Assembly: GCA_002104945.1 (NCBI GenBank)
Contig: MCFH01000053.1
Location: 124,001 to 188,000, forward strand
DNA length: 64,000 nt
Reading direction: 5' to 3'
Source: Piromyces finnis finn
Taxonomy: Eukaryota; Fungi; Neocallimastigomycota
Shown here: in pieces, positions 12,400 to 24,378 of the stretch
Position numbering within the stretch: position 1 is the stretch's first letter
How the letters are laid out: each line of letters starts with the position of its first letter
The notes under the pieces: generated by a model
What the model was told of the DNA's origin: nothing
The model's input: the letters and a program-made list of their open reading frames with translations, nothing else
Database searches by the model: none
Position numbers and translations under genes: made by a program

Positions 12400-15300
12400 T
12401 CAAATAAGTTTAGTGTCAAAAGCGAATCGAATTTACTAACAACAAACCAAAACTAGAATTTTTAAAAAAAGTTAACAACTAGAATTCAAAAAAAAAAGAA
12501 ACTTTTAACAAAGCATCGTAACAATTTTTGTACTATCCAGTACTTTTAAGAAGAGAGAGAGAGACAGATTTTTTTCCATATACGTTATATTTATAATTTT
12601 TATTAGTATTTATTTTATATTCAATATTTTTTAATTAGAATTAATTATCATGTCAGTCCTTTATATTAAAGATAAGAATTATATCAGACGTGGTACCCGG
12701 TCTTATGGTATCCCCTTAGATGATATTCGCTCCTTCTTTATCCGTGGTATTCGGTCATGGTCAGTAAATATGCTATGGGAAAAACTCGAGGTTATTCTAG
12801 AAGATAAATTTAATTCAGTTATTAGTGTTAAATATTTTCAGACTTTCAATGATCACTTTTTCTTAGTCAAGGTTCATGGTTCATCAAAAGATTGTATTAA
12901 AATCTTACACATGTTAAAGAAGAAACTTTCAGTTACCTCAATTTCCTTTTCAGCTCGTAGTAGAAGGAATCACAAATACACTTTTTCCACACTCAAACGT
13001 AAAATTTTAGTTTCTAGTAAACATCAACATTCTATTCAACAATCATTTCAACAATCAGTTCAACAATCTCATCAACAATCCGATCTTCAACAAGATCTTC
13101 AACAAGATCTTCAACAAGTTTCCCATCATGAAAATATTCCAGATCTACAGCAAACACAATTTCAATCTCAACATTCAACAATTAATTCTAATAGTTCTAT
13201 CAACTCTGATAACAGTTCAATAGTTGATAGTTCTTCAGTTTCACAGCCATCTAGTAATAGTTCTACTTATTCCTCTGATGCATCATCCATTAATAATGAT
13301 GACTTTAATAATAGTAATAATAGCAACGATTCTTCCTCATCCTCATCCAACAAGCCTGATAACTTTTCTTTTTGTCTTAGTTGGAACACCAATGGGTGGA
13401 ATCACGAAAAGAGAGATAGTATTAGCTATTTCACAGCTATTTTCAAACCATTATTTTTATGTTTCCAAGAAACTGGTAATGGTTCTGGATCGAATACAGA
13501 TTATCCTTGTCGTGTTACTTTGCGAAACTATAGACACTTTTTCAAGAAAGCTGACGAATCAGTTCCAGGAATGAGAGGTTTATATTTAGGTTTTCACAAT
13601 TCGTGTCAAGCCTCACTTGAAAACTTCTCTGGAAAGTATATTATTTCTATTTATACTTTTAGTCTCTGGAATAGATTCAAATGCTCGATTGGAAATGTTT
13701 ATATGCCTCATAGTCATCACAACATCTATGTTGATCATGCAAAGTTAGAAGTTCGCTTGTGGTTACAAACTCATTCATCCCATCCATCGATTCTTGTTGG
13801 TGATTTTAATATGTCTAAAGTAAAATTATCCAACTGGTTATCAACTAATGGATTAGGAGATTGGGAAATTCTTCCGCTTAGAGGGTCTACTATCTCTTGG
13901 ACTCGAGGTGATCAATCTTCCGACATTGACCATGCTCTTATCAATTCGAAGATGAAAGATCTTATTCACTCTGGATCATTTATAAATAATTTTTATCCTG
14001 TATCAGACCATAAGCCACTTCTTATTAATGGTAAAATTATTCCTATGGAAGATTTTTCTAATGACTTTAATGTTCCTAAGAAAATTCTGAAATGGAATAG
14101 ATTAAAATGTATTGAGGAAAAGGAATCTATTCTTAGTCATAATAAATTCCAAATTCTTTCAGCAAAATTCAACGATCCTAATGTTTCTACAGATGAACTT
14201 TCCAAAGAATTTACTTCAACTGCTTTTTCAATTGCAGACGAGCTCAGTATTACCTCAGCAAATAATGTTATAAAGTCTTCATTTCATATTTCACAACAAA
14301 TTTTTAATCTCCAAAAAATCAAAATGAAGTTGTATAAGAGATTTAAAAAAGAAAGAATTTATGATATAGATGAATTTATTAAAAGAATTAAAATCTACCG
14401 TAAGCTCATTGATTACATCCACAAAAGATGTAATGAATTTAGGAAGCAAGAATATCTTCATTGGATTAAAACAGGATGTGAGTATATGAAGAGTCATAAT
14501 CCTAAGAAGGCCTGGAAATGGATCAAGAAAACTGCAAAAATTGGAAAAGATTCTTTCTTTATTGCTCAACCAATTAAAAATAAAAATGGAGAATTAGTTG
14601 TTGCTACGGAAGAACAACTAGAAGTGTGGCATGATCATTTCGAAAACCTTGCATCAGATCCAAGTGGTGTAAGTCTTGATTTAGAGCATTGGTATGAAGA
14701 ACCAATGAATAAACGTTTTTCACTTCCTATGCTTGATGAATGGGATATCAACCAAGATATTAGTATTGATGAAGTCAAGTCAGCTATCCTCTCTACTCCA
14801 AATTATAAAGCATCAGGTCCGGATGGTATTCCAATTGAATTTTACAAAGCATTAATTCCATCAAGTAATGATTCTAATAATGCTAAAGATAATAATTCTT
14901 CTGGTAATACCACTTCAGATAATGATGCTCATGGTTTAAATTTTATTCTTAAATTATTCAACCGTATTTGGGATGGAGACTTCCCCAACTCATGGAATGA
15001 ATCCAGTATTGTTTCTATTCCTAAGAAGGGAGATTTGACAGATTGTGATAACTATCGAGGTATATCACTTATCAATAATGGTATTAAGTTGATTTCCAAA
15101 ATTGTCACCACTAGAATCTCAGAATATGGTTTAAAGAATAATTTCATTAGACCTGAACAATTTGGTTTTCGAAAAAAGGAAGAAAGTATCAGTCTTTTCA
15201 TTTCAATCCAAGAAATATGCCGTAGACGTCAATTAGATAATAAAGAGACATATTTGGCCTTTTTAGATCTCAGGAAAGCATACGATTCAGTCCCAATCGG

Positions 15301-17230
15301 TAATATTCTCCATAAATTAGATTGTTTAGGAATCCGAGGTAAGAGTTTACAATTCATCAAAAATTTATATTTAACATCTAAGGCTAATGTCAAATTAGAT
15401 GGACAATTCTCGAAATCTTTTGATGTGAAGAAAGGAGTCCGTCAAGGTTGCCCTCTTTCTCCTATTCTCTTTAATCTCTTTATTAATGATATATTTAAAG
15501 AGTGCGAAGATCTAGGAGTCAGTTTAGGTGACACTCGATGCTGTGGTGGACTTTTTGTAGATAATATAGTTATTTGTGCTCCAACAAGAGGATACTTAAA
15601 AAAGATGCTTAGAAGAGTTAATGAATGGGCATTGTATAATGAAATGGAATTTGGTATCCAGAAGTGTTCAACGATGGTGATTCGTCCTGAATCAATAGAA
15701 AATCAGAACAAGAGAGATCCAACATTTTACTTAGCAGGACAACCCATTCCAACTACTGATTGTTATACTTATCTTGGTGTTCCATTTGATAAGAATTTGT
15801 CCCTTAAACCAGTAATTAAAACTCTTAATAACAAGGTTTTGAAAGGACTTTTCTCAGTCAGTAAATTCTTAAGAAATCCTAATATTCCTATTCCCTTCAA
15901 AAAACTAGTACTTAACTCACAAGTGATTAGCAGAGTTTCATACTTTGCACCATTACTTGGATCCAACAAAGCTAGGTCTAGGATTGCTCAGAAGCATGTT
16001 AACAATGGATTACGATGGGTTGCCGGAGTTCATAAAGCTGTATCGTTTATATCTTTATACTCTATCTCAAAAGATTTGAATATTCCTCCATTGTCAGCCA
16101 AATGTGCGTTAGCTCAGGTTAGATGTTTTAACAAATGGAAAAACTCGAATTGTATTATCTCACACCTTGTCAATTACATTCCTAAATTTAGAAAATACAC
16201 GTGGTGCAAATCAAGTAGGACACTTGATAAAAAACTAAAGAAGCATGGAGATGTTAAAGCAGTTAAAAACTTTTATTGGAAAGATCTCAAAGGGAATTCA
16301 ATCAAAGCGCAATATTATGATGATAATAAATTTATTGAAACTAAAGATTTTATTAAATTATGTTATGAATACCCAGAGTTTGCCTATGGCTTCTACTGGC
16401 TATTGAAAGCAAGAAGCGGATACAAGTTGGATGCTAGAGTTGCCAAAGCTGCTAAATTTGTTGATCCAGTTTGTCCTAACTACTGTCCATGTTGCAAGTG
16501 TGGAGATCAAAGTATTAAACATTGGTTATTAGATTGTCCAACATTTAGAGATATCCGTATTAAACATTATGATTCCATAGTCCAGCTACTAAATTTTTTC
16601 AGTCAACGTAATTCCAATAGTCCTATCAATAATAATGAAAATGTTAATATCAGTAGAGATAGCAATAACAGTAATAGTAATAATAACAATAGTAATAATA
16701 ACAATAGTAGTAATAGAAATAATAATATTAGTAATGATAGTTATAGTGATGATAATAATTCTAATTTAGATAGTAATTTAGTTAATGATAGTAATAGTTC
16801 TAATAATCCGGTGAATATTAATGTGTATGATTATTCTAGTGTGTGCAGTAAAATATTTAAATTCCTTCTTGGGGGAAGAAGTTTTAACAATATTAATTAC
16901 AATTCAAGGGAATGGAAAGAACTTTGTAAGCGTCAGATTCAATCTGGTACTAATGAAGGAACACCATTCTTGACGGTAACCGCGGAACTTCTAACCAAAA
17001 TCATGCCTTTTGTTATCGGCCAGCAATGGTCAATGTTCAAAAGGTTTGAAGCAACATCCAAGAGCGTTAATGCTGAAGAAACAGTAAGACAGGCCAGGAG
17101 GGCCAGCGCAACCAATGGAGATCATAATTTTGTTCCATGACAAAATTTTGATCTTTGGCTCGGTGTCCCATTGGAAGTCAAATACAATTATTATACTTTA
17201 GTATGATAGTGGCTTTCTTACTTTAATTAA
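12400..17230 (+). mobile_element. Full-length non-LTR retrotransposon (APE-type LINE) with a single long ORF; outer boundaries approximate
   Basis: Intronless 4.5-kb ORF with endonuclease, RT and zinc finger, followed by a short 3' UTR with a TATTATAC-TTTA-GTATGATA stem-loop at about 17189-17208. No convincing target-site duplication found. Confidence 0.9.
12650..17140 (+). CDS. LINE polyprotein: RRM-like N-terminus, Q/S/N-rich linker, APE endonuclease, reverse transcriptase (catalytic motif altered to FVDN), CCHC-type zinc finger
   Basis: APE motifs SWNTNG, CFQET, VGDFN, DIDH, SDHKP. RT motifs NYRGISL, QFGFR, FLDLRKAYDSV, GVRQGCPLSPILFNLFIND, YLGV. Zinc finger CPCCKC..SIKHWLLDC. Confidence 0.95.
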   Translation: MSVLYIKDKNYIRRGTRSYGIPLDDIRSFFIRGIRSWSVNMLWEKLEVILEDKFNSVISVKYFQTFNDHFFLVKVHGSSKDCIKILHMLKKKLSVTSISFSARSRRNHKYTFSTLKRKILVSSKHQHSIQQSFQQSVQQSHQQSDLQQDLQQDLQQVSHHENIPDLQQTQFQSQHSTINSNSSINSDNSSIVDSSSVSQPSSNSSTYSSDASSINNDDFNNSNNSNDSSSSSSNKPDNFSFCLSWNTNGWNHEKRDSISYFTAIFKPLFLCFQETGNGSGSNTDYPCRVTLRNYRHFFKKADESVPGMRGLYLGFHNSCQASLENFSGKYIISIYTFSLWNRFKCSIGNVYMPHSHHNIYVDHAKLEVRLWLQTHSSHPSILVGDFNMSKVKLSNWLSTNGLGDWEILPLRGSTISWTRGDQSSDIDHALINSKMKDLIHSGSFINNFYPVSDHKPLLINGKIIPMEDFSNDFNVPKKILKWNRLKCIEEKESILSHNKFQILSAKFNDPNVSTDELSKEFTSTAFSIADELSITSANNVIKSSFHISQQIFNLQKIKMKLYKRFKKERIYDIDEFIKRIKIYRKLIDYIHKRCNEFRKQEYLHWIKTGCEYMKSHNPKKAWKWIKKTAKIGKDSFFIAQPIKNKNGELVVATEEQLEVWHDHFENLASDPSGVSLDLEHWYEEPMNKRFSLPMLDEWDINQDISIDEVKSAILSTPNYKASGPDGIPIEFYKALIPSSNDSNNAKDNNSSGNTTSDNDAHGLNFILKLFNRIWDGDFPNSWNESSIVSIPKKGDLTDCDNYRGISLINNGIKLISKIVTTRISEYGLKNNFIRPEQFGFRKKEESISLFISIQEICRRRQLDNKETYLAFLDLRKAYDSVPIGNILHKLDCLGIRGKSLQFIKNLYLTSKANVKLDGQFSKSFDVKKGVRQGCPLSPILFNLFINDIFKECEDLGVSLGDTRCCGGLFVDNIVICAPTRGYLKKMLRRVNEWALYNEMEFGIQKCSTMVIRPESIENQNKRDPTFYLAGQPIPTTDCYTYLGVPFDKNLSLKPVIKTLNNKVLKGLFSVSKFLRNPNIPIPFKKLVLNSQVISRVSYFAPLLGSNKARSRIAQKHVNNGLRWVAGVHKAVSFISLYSISKDLNIPPLSAKCALAQVRCFNKWKNSNCIISHLVNYIPKFRKYTWCKSSRTLDKKLKKHGDVKAVKNFYWKDLKGNSIKAQYYDDNKFIETKDFIKLCYEYPEFAYGFYWLLKARSGYKLDARVAKAAKFVDPVCPNYCPCCKCGDQSIKHWLLDCPTFRDIRIKHYDSIVQLLNFFSQRNSNSPINNNENVNISRDSNNSNSNNNNSNNNNSSNRNNNISNDSYSDDNNSNLDSNLVNDSNSSNNPVNINVYDYSSVCSKIFKFLLGGRSFNNINYNSREWKELCKRQIQSGTNEGTPFLTVTAELLTKIMPFVIGQQWSMFKRFEATSKSVNAEETVRQARRASATNGDHNFVP

Positions 17231-17863
17231 AATTACTAGAATACATTATACCCAATTTTTATTCATTTGTGTTTATTTAAACATATTTTTTTTATATTTA
17301 ATTTTTTTATTACATGTATTATAATTTTAATTAAATTAATAATAAATTTTAAAATATTTGATGCCGTTAAAAAAAAAAAAAAAAAAAAAAAAAATAAACT
17401 TTTTTGTTTCAAACATTTTTTTAATTAATATTTTAAATATTTTATTAAACTAAGAAATAATAAGTAATATAATTTTTTTTATTTGTTGCTATTTATTATT
17501 TAATTAATAATACATTATTTTTTCTTGCTGTAGTTATTTTATTTATTCTTAAAATTATAAATTGTTGTTTTCTGATGTTAAGCATTCTATTAAAATAAGT
17601 AAATAAAAATTTTACTGTAATTTATATTTTAATTATTTTGAATTTTGAAAATACTTTATTTAAAATACATATTTCTTTTCCAAATATTATTTTTAAGTAA
17701 GAAAAAAAAATAAATACAAGTATATTTAATAAAAGATAAAAATGTAATAAATTAATGTTATTTCTATTAGTAATTTATTTTTTGATTTATTTTTAAAATT
17801 ATTTTATGTTATTAATTTAATTTAAAATGTACAAAAACTGCTAAGTTATCAGAATAAAATCTA

Positions 17864-20461
17864 TTACATTTTTTCTGTTGCTAAATGAATACTTAAAATC
17901 TTTAACTGATTAGATGATCTGGAATAAATACTACCATTAACACTATATTCTGATTTAATTGTACTTACTCCTTTATTTGAATATGATGTATTAATTATTT
18001 TTGTTTCTTCATCAGGGTTATATACATCATTTTTATTAGAATCAAGTAAATATTTTATCATTTTTTCTTCTTCTGCAGCTTTTTTATTTTTTAATTTTTC
18101 CAAAAAAATTCTTACGATAAACATATAAATATGATTCATTAATATATAAATCAAGTTAATTATTATTTGTAGGGAGTAATGCAAATCAAAACTATTGATT
18201 GGAATAAAGTTAACAGTTGTTAATAGAAATTGAGAAATACCATCTATACACATAATAATAGCTAAAGCTCTTATATCATGATAAGATTTTTTAATATTCC
18301 ATTCAAAAAAGATAAATATACAGGTAAATATATACAACCACAAATTAAATATTACTTGAAAATTGGCAATATTACTACCTATAGGGTGTGAATTCAAACA
18401 TACACTAAAGTTTTTATCGTTTTCTAAAATAATATTAAGCTTTTCGAATGGTGATATAATAATCATTGCGATATTTGTTACAATTTGAACTGATAATATT
18501 ATTAAGATATAGAAAACTTTGTGGTTTTCAACCCATCTTGATATTTTATTATTTTTTGGAAAATTGATTATTAGTTTATAAAGGAGTGGTATAAAAAACA
18601 TACAACTACCAAATATCATTGCAACATGACTAAATAAACAACCTTTCTTTGTTGTTTCTCCAAAATTTCCAACTAATGATGTTAGATAAAAAAGTGATCC
18701 GAGTGAATAAACTATCCAAAGGTCTAAACTTAAAAATTGGAAATATTTTTTAAATCTTGGTATAAATAGTAATATATCTGAAGCTAATACCAAATAGAAA
18801 ATAAAAAGTATTAGTATAAAGAAAAATAATCCAAGGGTTGAATGATATGAAAAATAATATATTTTTGATATATTATTAATATCAATTAATATTTGTTTAG
18901 TTGTTTTTGTTGACTTTTCATTAAAAAGAAATTCTGAAAATATTTGAGGAAATTTGAATGAAAAATAGTCATACATTTCATTAATAATATCTGACTTTTG
19001 GATTGTATTAATTTCTTTTTTAATATTACAATCTAAAATCGAGCAAATTAAATCATCGTCATAAATAGTTTTTAATGGGCTATATAATTGAAATTTTTTT
19101 GCTATAATATCTTTTTGAATATATTCTGACATAAAATATTTTAAGACTGTAACGGAAGCATTTAAATTATCTTCAGAAATATCATTAAAAATTCCTATAT
19201 TTAAACTTTTGAGATATGAACTATTAATTCCTTCTTCTTTTCCAGGCAATAATGATTTATAAAAAATATTATTATTATTAGTAAAAGTGTTCCAATAATT
19301 AGAAAATATAACATTTCCAGATTCCAATAAATGTACATTATAACTATCATCAGATTGAAATATATCATCTAACAAAATATAAAAATTTTTAATATTTTAT
19401 TTAATATTATATTCATTAAAAAAAGCTATATATATTATTAATGGTTTTTATTATGATGTATTCAATATAAATATCTTTTTTAAAAAAATAGTCATTATTT
19501 CTTATTTACTTGATGAAACATTATCTTTTAAATATTTTAATTTATCTAATGCTTCAATAGCATTTTTACTAGTCAATTCAGGTATTGGTGATTCTTTGGA
19601 ATCTCTAAAGGAATAAATAAATTCATAAAAAGAATCTATCGCTTCTTCATTAGCTATTAACCAAATATATAAATATATTAAATAAGTATATATTAATATT
19701 AATTTAAATAGATAAATAATGAATATATAGTTATTAAAGTGACAAAATTATTTATTACGTGGAAAAGAACCATCATATCCAACTAACTCATTATTATCTT
19801 CATTCTCTAATATTTCTTTTGCAGTTGCTATTAAATCATCCCATTTGGTTGGTATTTTTTTTCCGTATTTTTCAAGTAGCTTTTTATTAGAATACAATAA
19901 TTTGAATTGTAAAAATAATGGCTTTATATGCATTTTATTGTTATATTAAAAGTTATAAAATTGTTAACTGATTTATTTTTGTAATATCAAATATATTAGT
20001 ATTTTAGAAAGGAAAAAAAAAAATACCAGTCCAAACCATTGTTCGTCATTTGTACCTAACTTTATAATTTCATTTGATGAATATAAATTGATTTCTTCTG
20101 ATAATTTATCGTTTAGACTATGTAAATAGGAAGAAAATCTTCTTATTTCTTCAGATTCAAATATGAATAAATCGTATTTATTGACTTTTTTCTCTAAAAG
20201 TATTTCAATATTTAATGAATAATCATTATTCTCATAAGTGATATTTTTTTCTGTAAATAAATCAAGATTTAAATGAATATCTAAATTTTGATCATCTGAA
20301 TATTTATTAAATTCATTAGTTATTTCGGTATATAAATCTCCAAATCCATCTAGTGAATTTGCTATAATATTAATATTTATAGCATTTATTAAATTTAAAA
20401 GGAAGGAAAAACTAAAAATCCATATATACGGAATAAAAAAATTATTTGAAAAAATTCTCAT
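17864..20461 (-). CDS. Class C (GABA-B-like 7TM_3) GPCR with N-terminal periplasmic solute-binding-protein (SBP type II) domain; 4 exons (20461-20027, 19921-19759, 19653-19510, 19368-17864)
   Basis: Signal peptide; KYDLFIF and LLYSNKKLLEKYGKKIPTKWDDLIATAKEI (SBP-like); seven hydrophobic helices with the TM3 Cys (GCLF), IIN-FP and FFEWN motifs. Splice phases 0/1/1 are consistent across all joins. Confidence 0.85.
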
Positions 20462-21122
20462 ATTTATAATTATTAAAAATATAAACTATTAACGTATCAA
20501 CTATAAAAAATGAATATTAAAGATAAATTATGAATTTATTTAACATTTATTATTTTTTATTTTATTTATTTTTTTTTTTAAATATAAATATGTATTTAAT
20601 AAATAAAAAAGTTTGTATACAAAAGAAATATTAAAACTTTTTTCCTTTCCTTTTTTTTAAAGAATTTTTCCTTAATTTTAATATTATATATAAATTCAAC
20701 TTTATATAAAAAGATAACATTTATAGTTTTTCAAAAAAAAAAAAAAAAAAAAATAGATATTTATTATCTCAATAATATTGAAAGATAAAAATAATATATA
20801 TGTTTAAACTTTATTATTTAGAAATATTCTTTAGTTATTTTATTATATAATAAATATAATTTACAGGATTAAAAATAATAATAAAATAAAAAGAAAGAAA
20901 AGGAAAAATTATTTTACTAAAATTGATGTTTTCTTATTTTTCTATTTATTAAAATTGTTATTATTTTTTATTTACATTAAAACTTAATTTAATATTGAAA
21001 GTTAATAAACTTAGAATTTTATACTAAAAAAAAAAAAATTAAAAGATATAAAGATATTCATGATATAATAAAAACATTAACAAATATTAAATAATATTAT
21101 GAAAAGATCAAACAATATTAAA

Positions 21123-24100
21123 TTACTTAGTTAGTAATAAAGTAAAACCGTTACCAGCTTCAACGGATTTTAGTTGTATTGCTACTTTACGTGGTCTGCA
21201 ATATTTATTTACAAAAATTTTAAAATCAATAGATTTTAAAATATTTTTACAAGTATTACTACCTGTTCCTAAATTATAAGATTCACCATCACCCCAGCCA
21301 TATAAAATGTATTGTAGAGAATCTGATACATCTTCAATATATATTTTGTTATTCGTAGTAGTTTCATGCTTATTGTTAACAAAATTTGAATAATAATTAT
21401 TATTTACAATGGCCATACTGTGATTTGCACCACAAGCTATATGAACACAATTTTTTATTGGTTTTAATTCTTTTGGACTTAATATTGATCCTGATTCGGA
21501 ATTAAAGCCTATTTGATAACGGTCATTCTTACCACAAGCAAAAACATTTCCACTCTCAGAAAGAAATAGGGAATGAAAGTTTCCACATGCAATTTCTTTT
21601 ATAGGGGTTTGAATTAACTCTTTTATAAGAACAGGTTCTTCTTCATCAGTATCAAATGTTGTACCTAACTGTCCCCATTGATTTGCGCCAAACTTTCATG
21701 TTTTATTATTATTATTTTTTTATTTATTAAAATAATATATATATATATATATATAAATGAGTATGTATTGAATTTTGAGTTTTGGTTTAAAGTTAAAAAT
21801 TGTTTAAAAACATTTTATACATACACCATAGACATGCTTTTCTTCGTCAAGAAGAAAAGTATGATACTTTCCTGAGAAAACTCTATTAAATTTAATTTTT
21901 TTATTATTATGTAATACAGAATACTCTATAACTTCTTGATTATCTTTCTTATCATCATTAAATAATTTTAAATGTGCTAAATTTTTATTATAGTTCCTAT
22001 AAGATTTTTAATATTTATAATTAGAAAATGAGTGTAACGTTAATCAGCATCATAAAGAATTTATTAAACTTACCAATAGTAAAATTTATGATCTTTACTA
22101 ATTACATATATATATCCTTTAGAGGCAGCTACATCTATCACTTCCATTTCAAATTGTGATAACCTTATTGGTTCTTTTGTTTTTATTATTTTATTTGAAT
22201 TATCCTATTAATTATTTATATAATATTAATTAAAATATATAATCTTAAAACTCTTTAATCATAATATAATTTGATTAATAATAACTTACTGTATATGTAC
22301 CAGTCAAATATAATGATCCTTCTGCTGAACGGAATATACATACTTCTGGTCCACAAAAAATTTGAACTATTTTTATTTTATTAAAATAATTAACTTTCTT
22401 TGGCGTTGAATGATTTCCTGGATAGCCAAGTGTACCATAAGTATTATTACCAAAACTCCAAATATAATTAATGTCTTCTGAATCATCAATTTTTACAGAT
22501 TCAATAGCAAAACAATAATCTTCGCCTGAACTAACATACTCAACATCCGCTAGACATTTAATTTGTGTAAAGACAGGCACTTCAGTAATATTTTCACCTA
22601 AACCTAATGTCATATTTTCATTTCCACCCTTTAAATGAATTGTATAAAATTATAAAATTATATATTAGAATAAAAAAGTTTCGTATATAAATTATTTTAT
22701 GAATTTATGTGATATATATTATTTTAATGTTATATTTACTACAATGTAGAGTCCAGGTTTGGCTTTTTCCAATTTATTATCTTTAGCATTTATTTCGAGG
22801 TTTTTCGTGTCTTCTGAAAGCAATAATGATTCTGATTTTTCTAATAAAATAGGTTTGTCTAAAATGCTATTTTGACTATTAAAATCAATTTCAAGATTAT
22901 CTATATTTTATAAAGCATAACAAACTGTTATTAATACTATTAATTATTATTATAATTATAATTATTACATTAACAGTTGAAATTACCATTAAAAGAATTT
23001 TGGCTGTCTTCATGAAAACAATTTAAAAATAGATTATCAATTGTAGTTTTATTTTTTTCTTGTTTTGTTAATTCATAATTTAAAAATATATTACTAGTGT
23101 TTATACTGGGTGTAATATCCTTCTTTTGCTTTGAAAATTCATAATTTAAAAAAATATTACTTGATTTATAGCTTTTAATTGGCGTAGCGTCATTTTCTTC
23201 TTCATTGAAAGTATCAGATTTATTTGAATTATCAAATATATTACTATTAAATGGGGTAAATAAATTATTATTACTATTTTTATCCTTTAAAAAACTTGTT
23301 TCTTTATCATTGAAAGATTTTAAAGATTGATTTGGAGAGACACTATTTTGATTATTAAATGAAGTTAATGATTTTGGTAACCAAAATGAATCCTCAGGTT
23401 CTACAGGATCAGAAGATAATAGTTGAAAACTCTCCATTGAAGTAGCTAATCCAGTATCGGAACTAATAATATGCGTAGTTGTTTCTGTAAATATATTGCA
23501 AGAATGGGATGGACTACTTGATAAATCATCATCGTTAAATTCTACTTCTTTTGGTATGAGTTTATTATCATTGTTTTTTGAAAAAACAATGTTGTTATTT
23601 TTTGTTAATTCATCAAATCTTTCAAAATGAGATCTAAAGGCGTCAATGTCAGTTGCTAATTTCATCATATAGTCTAAATTGTTATTGCCAAAATCATTGT
23701 CTTGTTCAACATTTGAATAAAAATTAAAATTATTATTCGTTGAAGTTGTATCTGAAGAACTTTTTACTTTATCTATAAAAGATTTAGTATTTCTTAAATG
23801 AATAGGATTTTTCTTTTGTGCATTTGGTTTTGGTGTCAATGATTTTAAGTTCTTAGAAATGCTAACATTTGCTTTTTTACTAATTTTTGTTTTATTTCTA
23901 ATAATTTTTGGAGTGCAATCATTATCATCTTTATTTGAATATTTTCTTGAGATTTCTTTTCGTTTATTATTTAATTTTAAAGAAGATATTGGTGTAGAAA
24001 CTTCTGTAAGATTATCTGATTCAATAGTTGAACGTGCATTGATTGTTTTATCTATATTTTTCTTAATAACCTTTTTTATTTTTTTTTTCTGAGGTGAATG

Positions 24101-24214
24101 AATATGTGCTTTTGTAATTTTGTTTATGTTATTTAATTTATTAACTTTTTGAATTATTCTTTTCGATCTTCTAAGATTTGGTATGTTCATTAGTGAATTT
24201 TCGTCAAGCTCCAT
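21123..24214 (-). CDS. RCC1/BLIP-II repeat beta-propeller protein with a roughly 450-aa low-complexity N-terminal region
   Basis: Start MELDENSL at 24214; the ORF track's start at 24328 is an upstream TTG. Splices via 22900-22739 into repeats VSSGEDYCFAI, FGNNTYGTLG, VFSGKYHTFLL, FGANQWGQLG, IACGNFHSLFL, IACGANHSMAI, VEAGNGFTLLL; stop at 21123. Confidence 0.8.
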
Positions 24215-24345
24215 GTTAATAAATTCATATATATATAAAATAAAAAGAAGGAAAACAAATATAAGTAAAAACAAGAAGAAATAATATAAAATAAAACAAA
24301 ACAGAAAAACAGAAAATAAAATTGGCAAATTTACTATTTATTTTC

Positions 24346-24378
<33 letters not shown>

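Noticed and set aside
12450-17245. ACTAGAAT as a LINE target-site duplication (about 12452, 12478 and 17236)
   Set aside because: It is only 8 bp, AT-rich and present twice on the 5' side, so it cannot be told from chance.
22970-24328. Stand-alone 452-aa protein starting MPILF at 24328
   Set aside because: The start is a TTG in a low-complexity leader. The ATG at 24214 and a phase-consistent intron join it to the RCC1 exons.
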